This document shows positions 9,028 through 18,937 of a stretch of 59,888 nt of DNA, piece by piece; position 1 is the first letter of the stretch, and every line of letters starts with the position of its first letter. Both the position numbers and the translations under genes were made by a program. The stretch comes from a virus (Duplodnaviria > Caudoviricetes), in the IMG/VR virus record IMGVR_UViG_3300032797_000052, positions 1-59,888 of that record; one strand, given 5' to 3'. The notes under the pieces were generated by a model. It searched no databases, had not been told where the DNA came from, and saw nothing but the letters and a program-made list of their open reading frames with translations.

Positions 9028-9369
9028 TTGATTTCATTGACGCAAAGAAGGATTGATGATATGATGGATAAATTTTTTGGCAAAAATGATATTAAAACAA
9101 GTGAACAAGGTATGTATTTAAAGCCAGTAGGCAAACCAGAGGATAATCCATTTCCTTCACCTTATCCAGAAACACCATTTGCAAATTGGGAGGAACTTCT
9201 TATTCCACAATGTAATTATGGAGTGCCAGCAAATACAGAAGAAGGTGTTATGGATTGTGGTGAACCTGCTTTATGGAGAGTTTGGTGGAAACCAGATGAA
9301 TCGGATTCAATGTTTGTCTGTGAGGAACATGCTAGAGTTATCGAAGAATCTGAGAGGAATAATAAATGA
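9028..9369 (+). CDS. hypothetical protein, possible Zn-binding
   Basis: C..C...CEEH; start uncertain. Confidence 0.55.
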   Translation: MISLTQRRIDDMMDKFFGKNDIKTSEQGMYLKPVGKPEDNPFPSPYPETPFANWEELLIPQCNYGVPANTEEGVMDCGEPALWRVWWKPDESDSMFVCEEHARVIEESERNNK

Positions 9370-9566
9370 AATGTCCATGTTGTGAAGGAAAAAAAGGATG
9401 GTCTGAGGATTATGGGGAGGGAACAATTTTATGGGATAAATGTCCAATATGTCATGCCACAGGTAAGGTTGGATTTATGATATGGTTTTGGGGTAAAGCT
9501 CCTGCTAGATGGGTTGAATTGGTTGGAGACTTTCTAGATTGGCGGCATAAAAATGAATCTGAATGA
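9366..9566 (+). CDS. small Zn-finger protein (DnaJ-type CxxCxGxG repeats)
   Basis: CPCCEGKKG...CPICHATG. Confidence 0.6.
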   Translation: MKCPCCEGKKGWSEDYGEGTILWDKCPICHATGKVGFMIWFWGKAPARWVELVGDFLDWRHKNESE

Positions 9567-9744
9567 TTATATTGAAAAAATACTCAAACCAAGACGGGAT
9601 TTGTATTTAAACTATGCAAGAGATGCTGAAGTTTATAAATTAGAAATGTCACAGATGGCATGGATAAGTATGGCTGATGATATAGATACAACTATACATG
9701 AACTTCAAGATTTGGTTTTAAATTTTCCCACTGAACCGGAGTAA
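9553..9744 (+). CDS. hypothetical protein
   Basis: Coupled small ORF. Confidence 0.5.
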   Translation: MNLNDYIEKILKPRRDLYLNYARDAEVYKLEMSQMAWISMADDIDTTIHELQDLVLNFPTEPE

Positions 9745-9747
9745 ATT

Positions 9748-9990
9748 ATGGCAATTAAAACAGAAGAAGGTAAGTATCAATGTTTCTATTGTTTAAAACG
9801 ATTTAATAAATCAGAAGATGCAGATGAATGTAGAGAGGCACATGATCTAATTTATGTACCAATTTCTAGGGTTGATTTAAATAGACTGATTAATTTTATC
9901 ATGTATCCAGACATGAAATTATTAAAAGGTACAAGAATTATGGATATGTTATTTGACTATGCCAAAAAACCGAAACCAATTGAAAAATAA
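9748..9990 (+). CDS. C2H2-like Zn-finger protein
   Basis: YQCFYCLKRF...CREAH. Confidence 0.55.
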   Translation: MAIKTEEGKYQCFYCLKRFNKSEDADECREAHDLIYVPISRVDLNRLINFIMYPDMKLLKGTRIMDMLFDYAKKPKPIEK

Positions 9991-10165
9991 GTGTATCGTC
10001 TGTGAAGAAAAAATTCTTCCAGATGAGTCCTTATTTATGCTTGCTAGTGATTATCCATATAAAAATATCTATGTACATAGGATTTGTTTTCATTTAAAAA
10101 GTGATGATGAAATACAGAAAATCATTGAAAACAATCTAAAAACATCATTAATTGGCTATTTATGA
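9953..10165 (+). CDS. small Zn-binding protein
   Basis: CIVC...HRIC. Confidence 0.5.
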   Translation: MTMPKNRNQLKNKCIVCEEKILPDESLFMLASDYPYKNIYVHRICFHLKSDDEIQKIIENNLKTSLIGYL

Positions 10166-10187
10166 TAGAATGATGATGGAGGTAACA

Positions 10188-10379
10188 ATGGATAAACAGT
10201 GGTGGAAAACAATTTATGGTCCTCCTGAAGGAACACCAGTAGATGAGAATGACATTGACCCATCTGAGTTACTTGATATGGGTGGAGAGATATGTCCTAT
10301 CTGTTGTAATTTAACTTTGTTTAGAAATGGTAGATGTGTGATATGCAAAGCCTGTGGGCATAGTATGTGTGAAATATGA
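10188..10379 (+). CDS. Zn-ribbon protein
   Basis: CPICC...GRCVICKACGHSMC, like the C-terminal ribbon of class II RNRs; GGAGG RBS. Confidence 0.55.
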   Translation: MDKQWWKTIYGPPEGTPVDENDIDPSELLDMGGEICPICCNLTLFRNGRCVICKACGHSMCEI

Positions 10380-11038
10380 AAAGAAAACTAGAACCGATGA
10401 CTTACAAAAAGTCTCTTAATTTAACTCAATTTAGAGATTTAGGTGATTTAGAAGAAAAAAGTGATGCTGAGATCATAGAAGAAAGCCAAGAGGAACAGAG
10501 ATATGATCAAGAGGCCGAAATTCAAAAACGAATAGATGAATTTGGGAATGATTATGATTTAAGTGACATGAAAGTAAATGATAAAATAGTTATGCGCCAA
10601 TTAATTCAGGCTATTATATCACTTGAAAGCTTAGAAGATACTTTTATGGCAGAACGCACAGATGTTTCAGAAAAAAATATTCTTATAATGGATAGAATTG
10701 CATCTATAATGAATAAATTAAGAGCGGATATTTCTAGTATGCAAAATGATTTAAAACTAACAAGGAAAATTCGTAAGGAAAGTGTTGAAGAAAATTTTAT
10801 AACTTGGCTAGATAATACAAAGAGAAAAGCTGATACTTATTATAAACAAAAACATCTATTTATTTTTTGTCCAAAGTGCAAAGAACTTATAGCTACAGTA
10901 TGGTTACTCTATCCTAATTCATTAAATATATTACATGCAGACTGTGCTAATGAATTTTGTGGAAATAAATTCGATGTAGAACTTTCCAAACTTTATGATA
11001 CAGATAATAAGAATCTAAGTGAAGCGATAATACCATAA
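10376..11038 (+). CDS. hypothetical helical protein with C-terminal Zn ribbon (possible terminase small subunit)
   Basis: 220 aa; CPKC...C...C; last gene before the sugar cluster/TerL operon. Confidence 0.5.
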   Translation: MKRKLEPMTYKKSLNLTQFRDLGDLEEKSDAEIIEESQEEQRYDQEAEIQKRIDEFGNDYDLSDMKVNDKIVMRQLIQAIISLESLEDTFMAERTDVSEKNILIMDRIASIMNKLRADISSMQNDLKLTRKIRKESVEENFITWLDNTKRKADTYYKQKHLFIFCPKCKELIATVWLLYPNSLNILHADCANEFCGNKFDVELSKLYDTDNKNLSEAIIP

Positions 11039-11061
11039 AAAGGAGATAGAAGGATAAAAAA

Positions 11062-11961
11062 ATGTTAAAGGATTTAGTTTTAGGCGCATCAGGGACAATA
11101 GGTAGATGGTTTATGGGAGATAATATTGTATCAGTAGATAAAGATATTCCAGAAAATCATATAGGTACTTATCTAATAACTGATCTCACTGATGAACATA
11201 AATTAATATCTATTTTTGAGAATCAATCTTATAATAAAGTTTTTCAATTTGCGGCTGATTCTGGAAAAATAGATTATCTTCTTTCCGCAGAACATTTTTA
11301 TGGCAATTCGACCCTTATTAATATCAATATACTAAAAGCACTCAAATGGGCCAAAAAAATCAATAAAGTTATTTGGCCTAGTTCTTTTTATAGATACGAT
11401 ATGTCTAGTCCATATGGATTAGAAAAAAAATATAATGAAGAATTATTTAAAAGAAATCTTTCTAAGGAAATAAAATTTATACTTCCTATTTTATGGCCTA
11501 CCTATGGACCATTATGTGATTTGACAATTAAAAATGAGAAAATAACAACTATGCTTTGTAGAAGAATTATAAAAGCCAATGATGGAGATATACTTGAATT
11601 AAAATTAAATCCACAGGAAGGTAGGTATTTTATCTATATTACGGATGCTATAAAAGCAATAAAATTAATGGCAGATTATGATGAGAATTTAATACTTGAT
11701 ATAGGAGGAGTTGAATTTATAACATTCGGAAATTTATTTAGAGAAATAGTAGAAATATCTAGAAAAGATATCTCAGTTTGTTATACCTCGAACATTGGTG
11801 AAAAAAGAATTACAAATAAATCTCCTGATCTAAAAACAACTTTATCAATTTTAGATTGGAATCCTGAGACATCTTTTCATAGGGGTATGGTAGCGACTTA
11901 TAGATTTATCGCAGAAACTTTGGAGGAATGGAATGCTTTATATAGAGCGGAACAATTGTAG
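11062..11961 (+). CDS. NAD-dependent epimerase/dehydratase (extended SDR)
   Basis: GASGTIG Rossmann motif, SS, YGLEK catalytic motif, YGP, LDWNP. Confidence 0.85.
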   Translation: MLKDLVLGASGTIGRWFMGDNIVSVDKDIPENHIGTYLITDLTDEHKLISIFENQSYNKVFQFAADSGKIDYLLSAEHFYGNSTLININILKALKWAKKINKVIWPSSFYRYDMSSPYGLEKKYNEELFKRNLSKEIKFILPILWPTYGPLCDLTIKNEKITTMLCRRIIKANDGDILELKLNPQEGRYFIYITDAIKAIKLMADYDENLILDIGGVEFITFGNLFREIVEISRKDISVCYTSNIGEKRITNKSPDLKTTLSILDWNPETSFHRGMVATYRFIAETLEEWNALYRAEQL

Positions 11962-13171
11962 AATTTCAGATTCAAAATTAGAAACAGTTTTAGATTTAGG
12001 TACAATTTATCCTTCTACCTTTGTTAAACCTGGAGAGGGATATGACTTTGAAAAAGTTCCACTTGAACTTTGTCGAGGAACGGAATCAAATCTTGTTCAG
12101 TTGAGACATACAGTTGATAGAGATTCACTTTATCGTCAATATTGGTATAAATCACAATTGAATAACACAATGGTTCACCATCTACAAGATATAGTAGATA
12201 ATATAACAGAAAGAATATCAATTCATCCTGGGGATGTTATTATTGATATTGGATGTAATGATGGTATAATGTTGTCAATGTTTCCAAAATATTGTTTTAA
12301 AATTGGAATTGATCCAGCTAATAATCTAAAAACCGTAGCATCTGGAAATTGTACTCTCTTTGTGAATGATTATTTTTCTAAAGAAGTTCTTCCACCAAAT
12401 CTACATGCTAAAATTATAACATCAATAGCCATGTTCTATGATCTTGATAATCCTAGAAAATTTATTGAGGATATTTTATCTGTAATGGATAGAGAGGGAA
12501 CATGGGTCATTCAAATGACCGATCTTTTTTGCATGTTAAGGGCTAATGCTTTTGATAATATTGTTCATGAGCATCTAGAATATTATTCTCTAGATGTTCT
12601 TATGAAACTATTATCAGAATATAATTTATTTATTTGGGATATTCAATATAATTTAGTAAATGGGGGAAGTGTCAGACTTTATATATCTCGCAGGGATTCC
12701 TCACATCGTCAATCAATAAATGTTCTAAGAGCATCATTTGTAGAGGATGAGTATTTAAGAGATGATCCATCACTAAAATTATTTAAAGATAGAATAGAAT
12801 CTATAAAATCAAAAGTCGTTAATTTTATCAGAAGAGAAAGAGATAGTTATAAATCAGTATATGGATTAGGAGCATCAACAAAAGGTAACACTCTACTTCA
12901 ATATTTTGGTCTTGACCATAATGATATCATTAAAATTGCTGAGATAAATCCTGATAAATATGGACTTGAAACCATAGGATCACGTATTCCAATAGTTCCA
13001 AATCTTTATGCCTTTGCTGAAAATCCTGATTATTTTCTAATTCTACCGTGGCATTTTGCACCTGATATTATTAGTAAATGCAAACTTTATATGAACAAAG
13101 GTATGAAATTTATTGTTCCTTGTCCAGAACCAATGATTATAGGGAGGTACGGATGCAAATTGATGGAGTAA
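11933..13171 (+). CDS. NDP-hexose C-methyltransferase
   Basis: DIGCNDG SAM motif, FDNIVHEHLEYYS, NGGSVR, YGLGASTKGNTLLQY, LILPWHF. Confidence 0.9.
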   Translation: MLYIERNNCRISDSKLETVLDLGTIYPSTFVKPGEGYDFEKVPLELCRGTESNLVQLRHTVDRDSLYRQYWYKSQLNNTMVHHLQDIVDNITERISIHPGDVIIDIGCNDGIMLSMFPKYCFKIGIDPANNLKTVASGNCTLFVNDYFSKEVLPPNLHAKIITSIAMFYDLDNPRKFIEDILSVMDREGTWVIQMTDLFCMLRANAFDNIVHEHLEYYSLDVLMKLLSEYNLFIWDIQYNLVNGGSVRLYISRRDSSHRQSINVLRASFVEDEYLRDDPSLKLFKDRIESIKSKVVNFIRRERDSYKSVYGLGASTKGNTLLQYFGLDHNDIIKIAEINPDKYGLETIGSRIPIVPNLYAFAENPDYFLILPWHFAPDIISKCKLYMNKGMKFIVPCPEPMIIGRYGCKLME

Positions 13172-13404
13172 ATTTAAAAAGTATTGGAACTTTAATTGAT
13201 GAGCTATCAATTATAAATATTAGAATTTGGATGATGATAGACATTATAATGGGAAAGGATACAAGAAATCATACACAAGAAGAAATTATTAATGTCGCTA
13301 AAGAAGTTCAGAAATTAAATGCAAAGAGAACTAAAATCATACGAGCAATAGATGAGCGATTAGGAGATAAAGATTCTACTCCAGCCGAGAAATTGTATGG
13401 CTAG
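13153..13404 (+). CDS. small helical protein (DUF4254/DUF6165-like)
   Basis: SIGTLIDELSIINIR...LNAKR...AID pattern typical of glycan loci. Confidence 0.55.
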   Translation: MQIDGVNLKSIGTLIDELSIINIRIWMMIDIIMGKDTRNHTQEEIINVAKEVQKLNAKRTKIIRAIDERLGDKDSTPAEKLYG

Positions 13405-14239
13405 TTATGGAGCAGTTATTATATCAAGAAATGATAATTATGGTGGAAATCTAGTAGAACGAGCTTCTTATTGTTTAAATTCATGTATTATTACTTTTGA
13501 TGAAATATTTTATATAGATTGGAACTCACCAGAGAAATGTCTTATAGAAGAAATAGAACCTAATCTATTAAAAACTGGAAAATTAAAATGGATACAAGTA
13601 ACACCAGAAGAACACAAACTTTTTACTAATAATGATGAAAGTGTACAAGTATGTTGCGAGGTTTTAGGAAGAAACATTGGAGTTCGTAGGCTTTCTACTG
13701 ATTTCATAGTCAGTACTAATATTGATGAAATATCTCCACCAAGACCACAACTTGAAACTCTCACATCTAAAACAACTTTTTATACAATCGCTAGACACGG
13801 TATTCAAGATATGAATATATTGCGTGGTGCTGGAAATTATCAGGAGATTGATAAAATAAGGGGAATTTTATTAGGAATGGGACTTCCTCAAGCATGGCCC
13901 GTAAAAATGTCATTGGAGGATGATTGGTCTTTAGTAGGATGGTGTGGAGATTTTCAGGTTGCTCATAGAAATGTCTGGTATAAGATTAGGGGATTTGAGG
14001 AGGTAATGTTAGGAAGAGGATTAGCAGATACATTTATTCAGAGAAAAGCAAAAGAGGAAGGATTTGAATTAAAACTTGTCTATGATGTACCTATATGGCA
14101 TATGGATCATGGGGCAGGTAGCGGTGGAATTGGGAGGAATAACAATCCTGAGACCTGGATTTATAAAGATTATAAAGGTACAACAAATTCTGAGGATTGG
14201 GGAAAACCAAATTATCCATTCGAGGTTCATACACTATGA
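13397..14239 (+). CDS. GT-A fold glycosyltransferase
   Basis: SRNDNYGG, RNIGVRR, STNID, GDFQ..HR..W..IRGFEE, WHMDH. Confidence 0.75.
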   Translation: MASYGAVIISRNDNYGGNLVERASYCLNSCIITFDEIFYIDWNSPEKCLIEEIEPNLLKTGKLKWIQVTPEEHKLFTNNDESVQVCCEVLGRNIGVRRLSTDFIVSTNIDEISPPRPQLETLTSKTTFYTIARHGIQDMNILRGAGNYQEIDKIRGILLGMGLPQAWPVKMSLEDDWSLVGWCGDFQVAHRNVWYKIRGFEEVMLGRGLADTFIQRKAKEEGFELKLVYDVPIWHMDHGAGSGGIGRNNNPETWIYKDYKGTTNSEDWGKPNYPFEVHTL

Positions 14240-15162
14240 ACAAATATATTGTAACTACAACAATACAACCTCCAACAGAAGCTACTTATAAATTCTCTGA
14301 AATGAAAGATTGGACTCTGATAATTGTTGGAGATATAAGAACTCCTCAAGAACAGTATAAATATGGTAACTGGATTTATTTATCTCCTGATTATCAGAAT
14401 CAACATTATCACAATGTAAGTGAGGCTATTGGTTGGAATTGTATTATGAGAAGAAATATAGGTTTTTTAGAAGCATATAAACTTGGAGCGGATATTGTTG
14501 CTAGCATAGATGATGATAATATTCCTTATGAAGATTGGGGAAAAGATTTAATAGTTGGAAAAGATATTGAGGTAGGACTTTATAATTGCGATGTTGGTAT
14601 TTTAGACCCAATGCAATTAACAAATCATCCTGAGTTATGGCATAGAGGTTATCCTATTGATAGACTTTATGAAAGAAAAAAAGTAAATTATCTTGAAAAA
14701 GTAATTAGGAAAGTTTTATTTCAAGTTAGTTTATGGAAAGGTGATCCAGATGTTGATGCTCTTTGTAGACTAATGTATAAACCTACAGATTTACAGTTAA
14801 CAGTTCGTGAGAAATTTTCATCTAATAATTTTATCCCATTTAACAGCCAGAATACATTTATTGACCGAAGTGCTTTATCTAGTTATATGGTTCTTCCATA
14901 TGTAGGTAGATCAGATGATATTTGGGGAGGATATATAGCTCAACATTTATTGAATACTCGCCCTGTATTTACTCATCCAACTGTTTATCAAAAAAGAAAT
15001 GACCAATCTATTTATAAAAATTTAGATGATGAGTTATTTGGTTATATGTGGACCAATAAATTTGTAGAAAATATAGAATATTTTGAGTATCGTCTTCCTA
15101 CAAAAACATTAAAAGCTTTTGATCTTTACAGGAAAGAATATGAAACCTTTAAAAATATTTAG
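14236..15162 (+). CDS. STELLO/DUF288-like (GT75-related) glycosyltransferase
   Basis: IVTTTI.PPT, IIVGD..TP, RRNIGFL.A...GA.I...DDDN, DPDVDA, FNSQNT, R.DDIW. Confidence 0.8.
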   Translation: MNKYIVTTTIQPPTEATYKFSEMKDWTLIIVGDIRTPQEQYKYGNWIYLSPDYQNQHYHNVSEAIGWNCIMRRNIGFLEAYKLGADIVASIDDDNIPYEDWGKDLIVGKDIEVGLYNCDVGILDPMQLTNHPELWHRGYPIDRLYERKKVNYLEKVIRKVLFQVSLWKGDPDVDALCRLMYKPTDLQLTVREKFSSNNFIPFNSQNTFIDRSALSSYMVLPYVGRSDDIWGGYIAQHLLNTRPVFTHPTVYQKRNDQSIYKNLDDELFGYMWTNKFVENIEYFEYRLPTKTLKAFDLYRKEYETFKNI

Positions 15163-15793
15163 AGATATAGATCGTCTTGTATATACTCAATTTATAGAAT
15201 ACTCATTTTGGATAGACACATTAAATTTTTTAAAAAAGAGAAATATAAGAACTATTGTAGATATAGGAGCATCATCTGGATTGTCTACTCTAATGTTTCT
15301 AGAACTGCCTGATTTAGAAAAGATATACTGTTTTGAACCAGACGAGATAAATTATGAAATGCTAATTGCGAATATGGAAGATTATAGAAATATAGTTGAA
15401 TTACATAATGTTGGAATATATTATGGAATAACAGAATCAAATGTAGTTGGAACAGGAGATAAAAGTCCTTTAGGATATATGGTAGAAGATGCTACCAAAG
15501 AACATAATTTTATATTTGGTACTATCAGATATGAAGGAAAAAAATTTAAACTGACAACATTAGAAAATATTATAAAAACTCCAGTAGATTTAATAAAAAT
15601 AGATGCTGAAGGTTCTGAATATAATATTATAGAAAATTCTAAGTTATTAAAAGAATCAAAAATTTTAATTATTAGTTTTCACAATCACCTAGAGAATTAT
15701 GTGAAAGATTTTATTTATAGAAATTTACCAAAATATGTACCAATAATAGTAGTAAGTTCTGGAGGGTACTCTGATGTTTTGTTGGAAAAATAA
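15140..15793 (+). CDS. FkbM-family methyltransferase
   Basis: VDIGASSG, FEP...NY..L..N, IKIDAEGSE. Confidence 0.85.
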   Translation: MKPLKIFRDIDRLVYTQFIEYSFWIDTLNFLKKRNIRTIVDIGASSGLSTLMFLELPDLEKIYCFEPDEINYEMLIANMEDYRNIVELHNVGIYYGITESNVVGTGDKSPLGYMVEDATKEHNFIFGTIRYEGKKFKLTTLENIIKTPVDLIKIDAEGSEYNIIENSKLLKESKILIISFHNHLENYVKDFIYRNLPKYVPIIVVSSGGYSDVLLEK

Positions 15794-17095
15794 ATGAAAA
15801 TATTATTTATAGAAAAGAAACTAAGAACTGATAAATTAGGAATCCTTTATCTTTCCAGTATACTAAAAATGGCTGGACATGATGTTAATCTCCTACAATT
15901 TGATGTTGATAATATTCTTCTAAGATTAAAAGAGGATAAGCCAGATTTTATAATGTACTCAGTAATGTCTAGTGAGTATGAATGGTTTTTAGAATACAAT
16001 AGATTCTTAAAACTCAATTTTGATTTTATATCCGTAATGGGAGGACCACATTTTACTTTCTTTCCAGAACAAGGACTAGAGGATACTTATGTAGATTTTG
16101 TGATTCAAGGACCAGGAGAAGATATTATTTTAGGCATTGTTGAGGGAGAGTTAAAAGATAAATTAGTTGTGGGACATCTTCCAGATATCAATAAATTACC
16201 TCATCCAGACCGTTCTATTCTTTATAAATATGACGAGTTTGGTAAAGCTCGAATGAAAAGATTTATAGCAGGAAGATATTGTTTATATAGTTGCAAATAT
16301 TGTTTCAATCATTTATTTAAAAAGATTTATCAAACAGAGAAGAATCTGTTCTTTCAAAGAGTATGTCCTGACAAAATGATTGAAGAGATTGGAGAAGTAA
16401 AACATCAATATGGCCTAGAATTAGTGTATTTCAATGATGATGATTTGGCAGCAAATAAGGAATGGTTAATTGAGTTTTGTGATAAATACAAAGAAAGAAT
16501 TGGTCTTGATTTCTGTGGTTCTATTCGAGCATCTAGTGTTGATTATAATATATTAAAAATAATGAGGAATGCTGGATGTACTTTTCTGAATATAGCTCTA
16601 GAATCAGCTAATCCTGAAACTCAGAAATTTCTTCGCAGAGGATTTATTACTAATGACCAAATCAAATCAGCCTGTGATATTTGTAAGGAACTTGGAATTA
16701 AAGTTAGATTACAAAATATGATAGGTTTACCAGTTGATAACCCTCTTGAGGATGCTTTACAAACTCTTAAGATGAATCGAGAGATAAATCCAACAGATTC
16801 CTGGGCTGCTATTTTTCAACCTTATCCTAAAACAGATTTATGGAAATACTGTATTGATAAAGGTTTAATACAACCAGATACTCAAGCTGGAACTTTTTAT
16901 GAACATACTGTGTTAAATATAAAAGATGCTGATAAAATAAATAATTTACATAAATGGTGGTTCTTTGCAGTAAAATATCAATGGCCTATAGAGTTAGTAA
17001 GAATATTACTAGATACTACTTTGACAAAAGAACAAGGAATGAAACTTCAAGAGTATAGATGGGATGTAGCTAAAAATTTACTTTATGGGATGTGA
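15794..17095 (+). CDS. cobalamin-binding radical SAM enzyme (class B)
   Basis: LGILYLSS..K.AGH and GGPH.T B12 domain; CLYSCKYC; FNDD; ALESA; MIGLP; FQPYPKT. Confidence 0.9.
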   Translation: MKILFIEKKLRTDKLGILYLSSILKMAGHDVNLLQFDVDNILLRLKEDKPDFIMYSVMSSEYEWFLEYNRFLKLNFDFISVMGGPHFTFFPEQGLEDTYVDFVIQGPGEDIILGIVEGELKDKLVVGHLPDINKLPHPDRSILYKYDEFGKARMKRFIAGRYCLYSCKYCFNHLFKKIYQTEKNLFFQRVCPDKMIEEIGEVKHQYGLELVYFNDDDLAANKEWLIEFCDKYKERIGLDFCGSIRASSVDYNILKIMRNAGCTFLNIALESANPETQKFLRRGFITNDQIKSACDICKELGIKVRLQNMIGLPVDNPLEDALQTLKMNREINPTDSWAAIFQPYPKTDLWKYCIDKGLIQPDTQAGTFYEHTVLNIKDADKINNLHKWWFFAVKYQWPIELVRILLDTTLTKEQGMKLQEYRWDVAKNLLYGM

Positions 17096-18069
17096 AAATG
17101 AATGCTTTAGTATGTGGGGCTGGTGGATTTATAGGAAATCATTTGGTTAATAAATTAAAGCAAGAAGATTTTTATGTTGTAGGAGCAGATTTAGTTTATC
17201 CTGCATATAATAAAACAAATGCTAATGAATATCATTTATGTGATTTACGAGAACCAGATTGGTGTGATACTTTATTTGATAATTATTATGATGAAATATA
17301 CCAATTAGCTGCCGATATGGGTGGAGCAGAATATATTTTTACTGGACTGCATGATGCAGATATCATACATAACTCTGCACTTATAAATTTAAATATAATT
17401 AAAAGATGCGTTGATAATAAAGTTGGAAAAATTTTCTTTTCATCCAGTGCTTGTGTATATAATCAATATAATCAAATGTTTCCTAACAATCCATTGTGTA
17501 GAGAAGATTCAGCCCTTCCAGCATTTCCAGATAGTGACTATGGTTGGGAGAAATTATTTAGCGAGATACTCTACTTAGCATATAATAGAAATTATAAAAT
17601 TCCAATAGCAATTGCTAGATTTCATAATATTTTTGGACCTTATGGGGCATGGAATAACGGTAAAGAGAAAGCCCCTGCTGCTATCTGTAGAAAAGTTGCA
17701 TATGCTAAAGCAAAAGAACTTGATTCGATAGATATTTTTGGATATGGAAAACAAACCAGAAGTTTTCTTTATATTGATGAATGTTTAATAGGAGTTAGAA
17801 AGCTAATGGATTCTAATTTTACTGGACCAGTAAATATAGGTTCAGATGAGATGGTTTCTATAGATACTTTGGCTAAAATGATTATGAAAATTGCAGGAAT
17901 TAATTTAAGAATAAATCATATTGTAGGACCTACCGGAGTAAGAGGAAGAACATCAGATAATACTTTAATTGAACAAGAATTAAACTGGAGACCAACAACA
18001 AAACTTTATGATGGTTTAGTTTTATTATATAAATGGATAGAGGAGAAGGTCAATGAAACTATTCAATAA
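17092..18069 (+). CDS. GDP-mannose 3,5-epimerase-like
   Basis: GAGGFIG, LAADMGG, SSACVY, YGWEK, RFHNIFGP, EKAPAA.CRK, QTRSF, GVRGR.SDN. Confidence 0.9.
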   Translation: MKMNALVCGAGGFIGNHLVNKLKQEDFYVVGADLVYPAYNKTNANEYHLCDLREPDWCDTLFDNYYDEIYQLAADMGGAEYIFTGLHDADIIHNSALINLNIIKRCVDNKVGKIFFSSSACVYNQYNQMFPNNPLCREDSALPAFPDSDYGWEKLFSEILYLAYNRNYKIPIAIARFHNIFGPYGAWNNGKEKAPAAICRKVAYAKAKELDSIDIFGYGKQTRSFLYIDECLIGVRKLMDSNFTGPVNIGSDEMVSIDTLAKMIMKIAGINLRINHIVGPTGVRGRTSDNTLIEQELNWRPTTKLYDGLVLLYKWIEEKVNETIQ

Positions 18070-18928
18070 TATTATATTTTATAATCATTACGGAGCGGGC
18101 GATTTATTAGAATCAAAAGAGTTTGTTAAGGCATATATAGAAAGATTACCTGCTGAAATTTATTCTTATGCTCATGGTAAAAATCCAAGAATGTTTGCTG
18201 ATATTCCAAATCTTCAAGCAATCAAAGTCGAAGATTGGATGCCAATGCGAACAGATACAGCGTATGTGAATGATAGAAATTTAATTATCAATACTTGGAT
18301 TGGAAGAGATTCTAAATATGTTCTTCCAGGGATAGGATGTACTATAGAGAAACTTTGTGAAATGCACAATGATATACTTTTTAAACTTAAAGTTTCTCCT
18401 TTGGAAAAATCAATAATTGATTATGCTCCACAAACCGACTGGAAATTTTTTAGAATTCAACCAGTTAAAAGTTGGTTGGAACAACATCCAGAAAGAAAAA
18501 TTCTAATCTCCAATGGTCCTGTTCAATCAAACCAAGCTGAAAATTTTGATATGACTTATGCTATAAAAATGTTAGCAGACCATTATAGACATATAACTTT
18601 TATAATTACACAACCTATAGATACGGATGCTGAAAATATTATTCTTTCTACAAATATAACAAATCCAAGTGACGGATTTGATTTGAACGAGATAGCATAT
18701 CTGAGTTTATCTTGTGATACCTTTATAGGACGAAATTCTGGACCTCATGTTTTTGCACAAAATTATTATAATTGGATAGACCCAAAAAAGGCAAGTTTAT
18801 CTTTTACTTATGAATCAATCGCATCACATAATTTCTATACTTCAGTTGTTCAAATGAAAAGATATTGGTGTAAAAAGACAGATACAAATAAAGTCTTTGA
18901 AGCATGTTGTAAGGTTATCGAGAGATAA
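18053..18928 (+). CDS. GT9-like glycosyltransferase
   Basis: G.GD near N-terminus; L.E...L...CD.FIG.NSGP. Confidence 0.6.
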   Translation: MKLFNNIIFYNHYGAGDLLESKEFVKAYIERLPAEIYSYAHGKNPRMFADIPNLQAIKVEDWMPMRTDTAYVNDRNLIINTWIGRDSKYVLPGIGCTIEKLCEMHNDILFKLKVSPLEKSIIDYAPQTDWKFFRIQPVKSWLEQHPERKILISNGPVQSNQAENFDMTYAIKMLADHYRHITFIITQPIDTDAENIILSTNITNPSDGFDLNEIAYLSLSCDTFIGRNSGPHVFAQNYYNWIDPKKASLSFTYESIASHNFYTSVVQMKRYWCKKTDTNKVFEACCKVIER

Positions 18929-18937
18929 GGAGATATA

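Noticed and set aside
8516-9134. Alternative-frame and antisense ORFs in the GC-rich patch
   Set aside because: Expected from stop-codon scarcity; only ATG 8504 has a promoter and RBS
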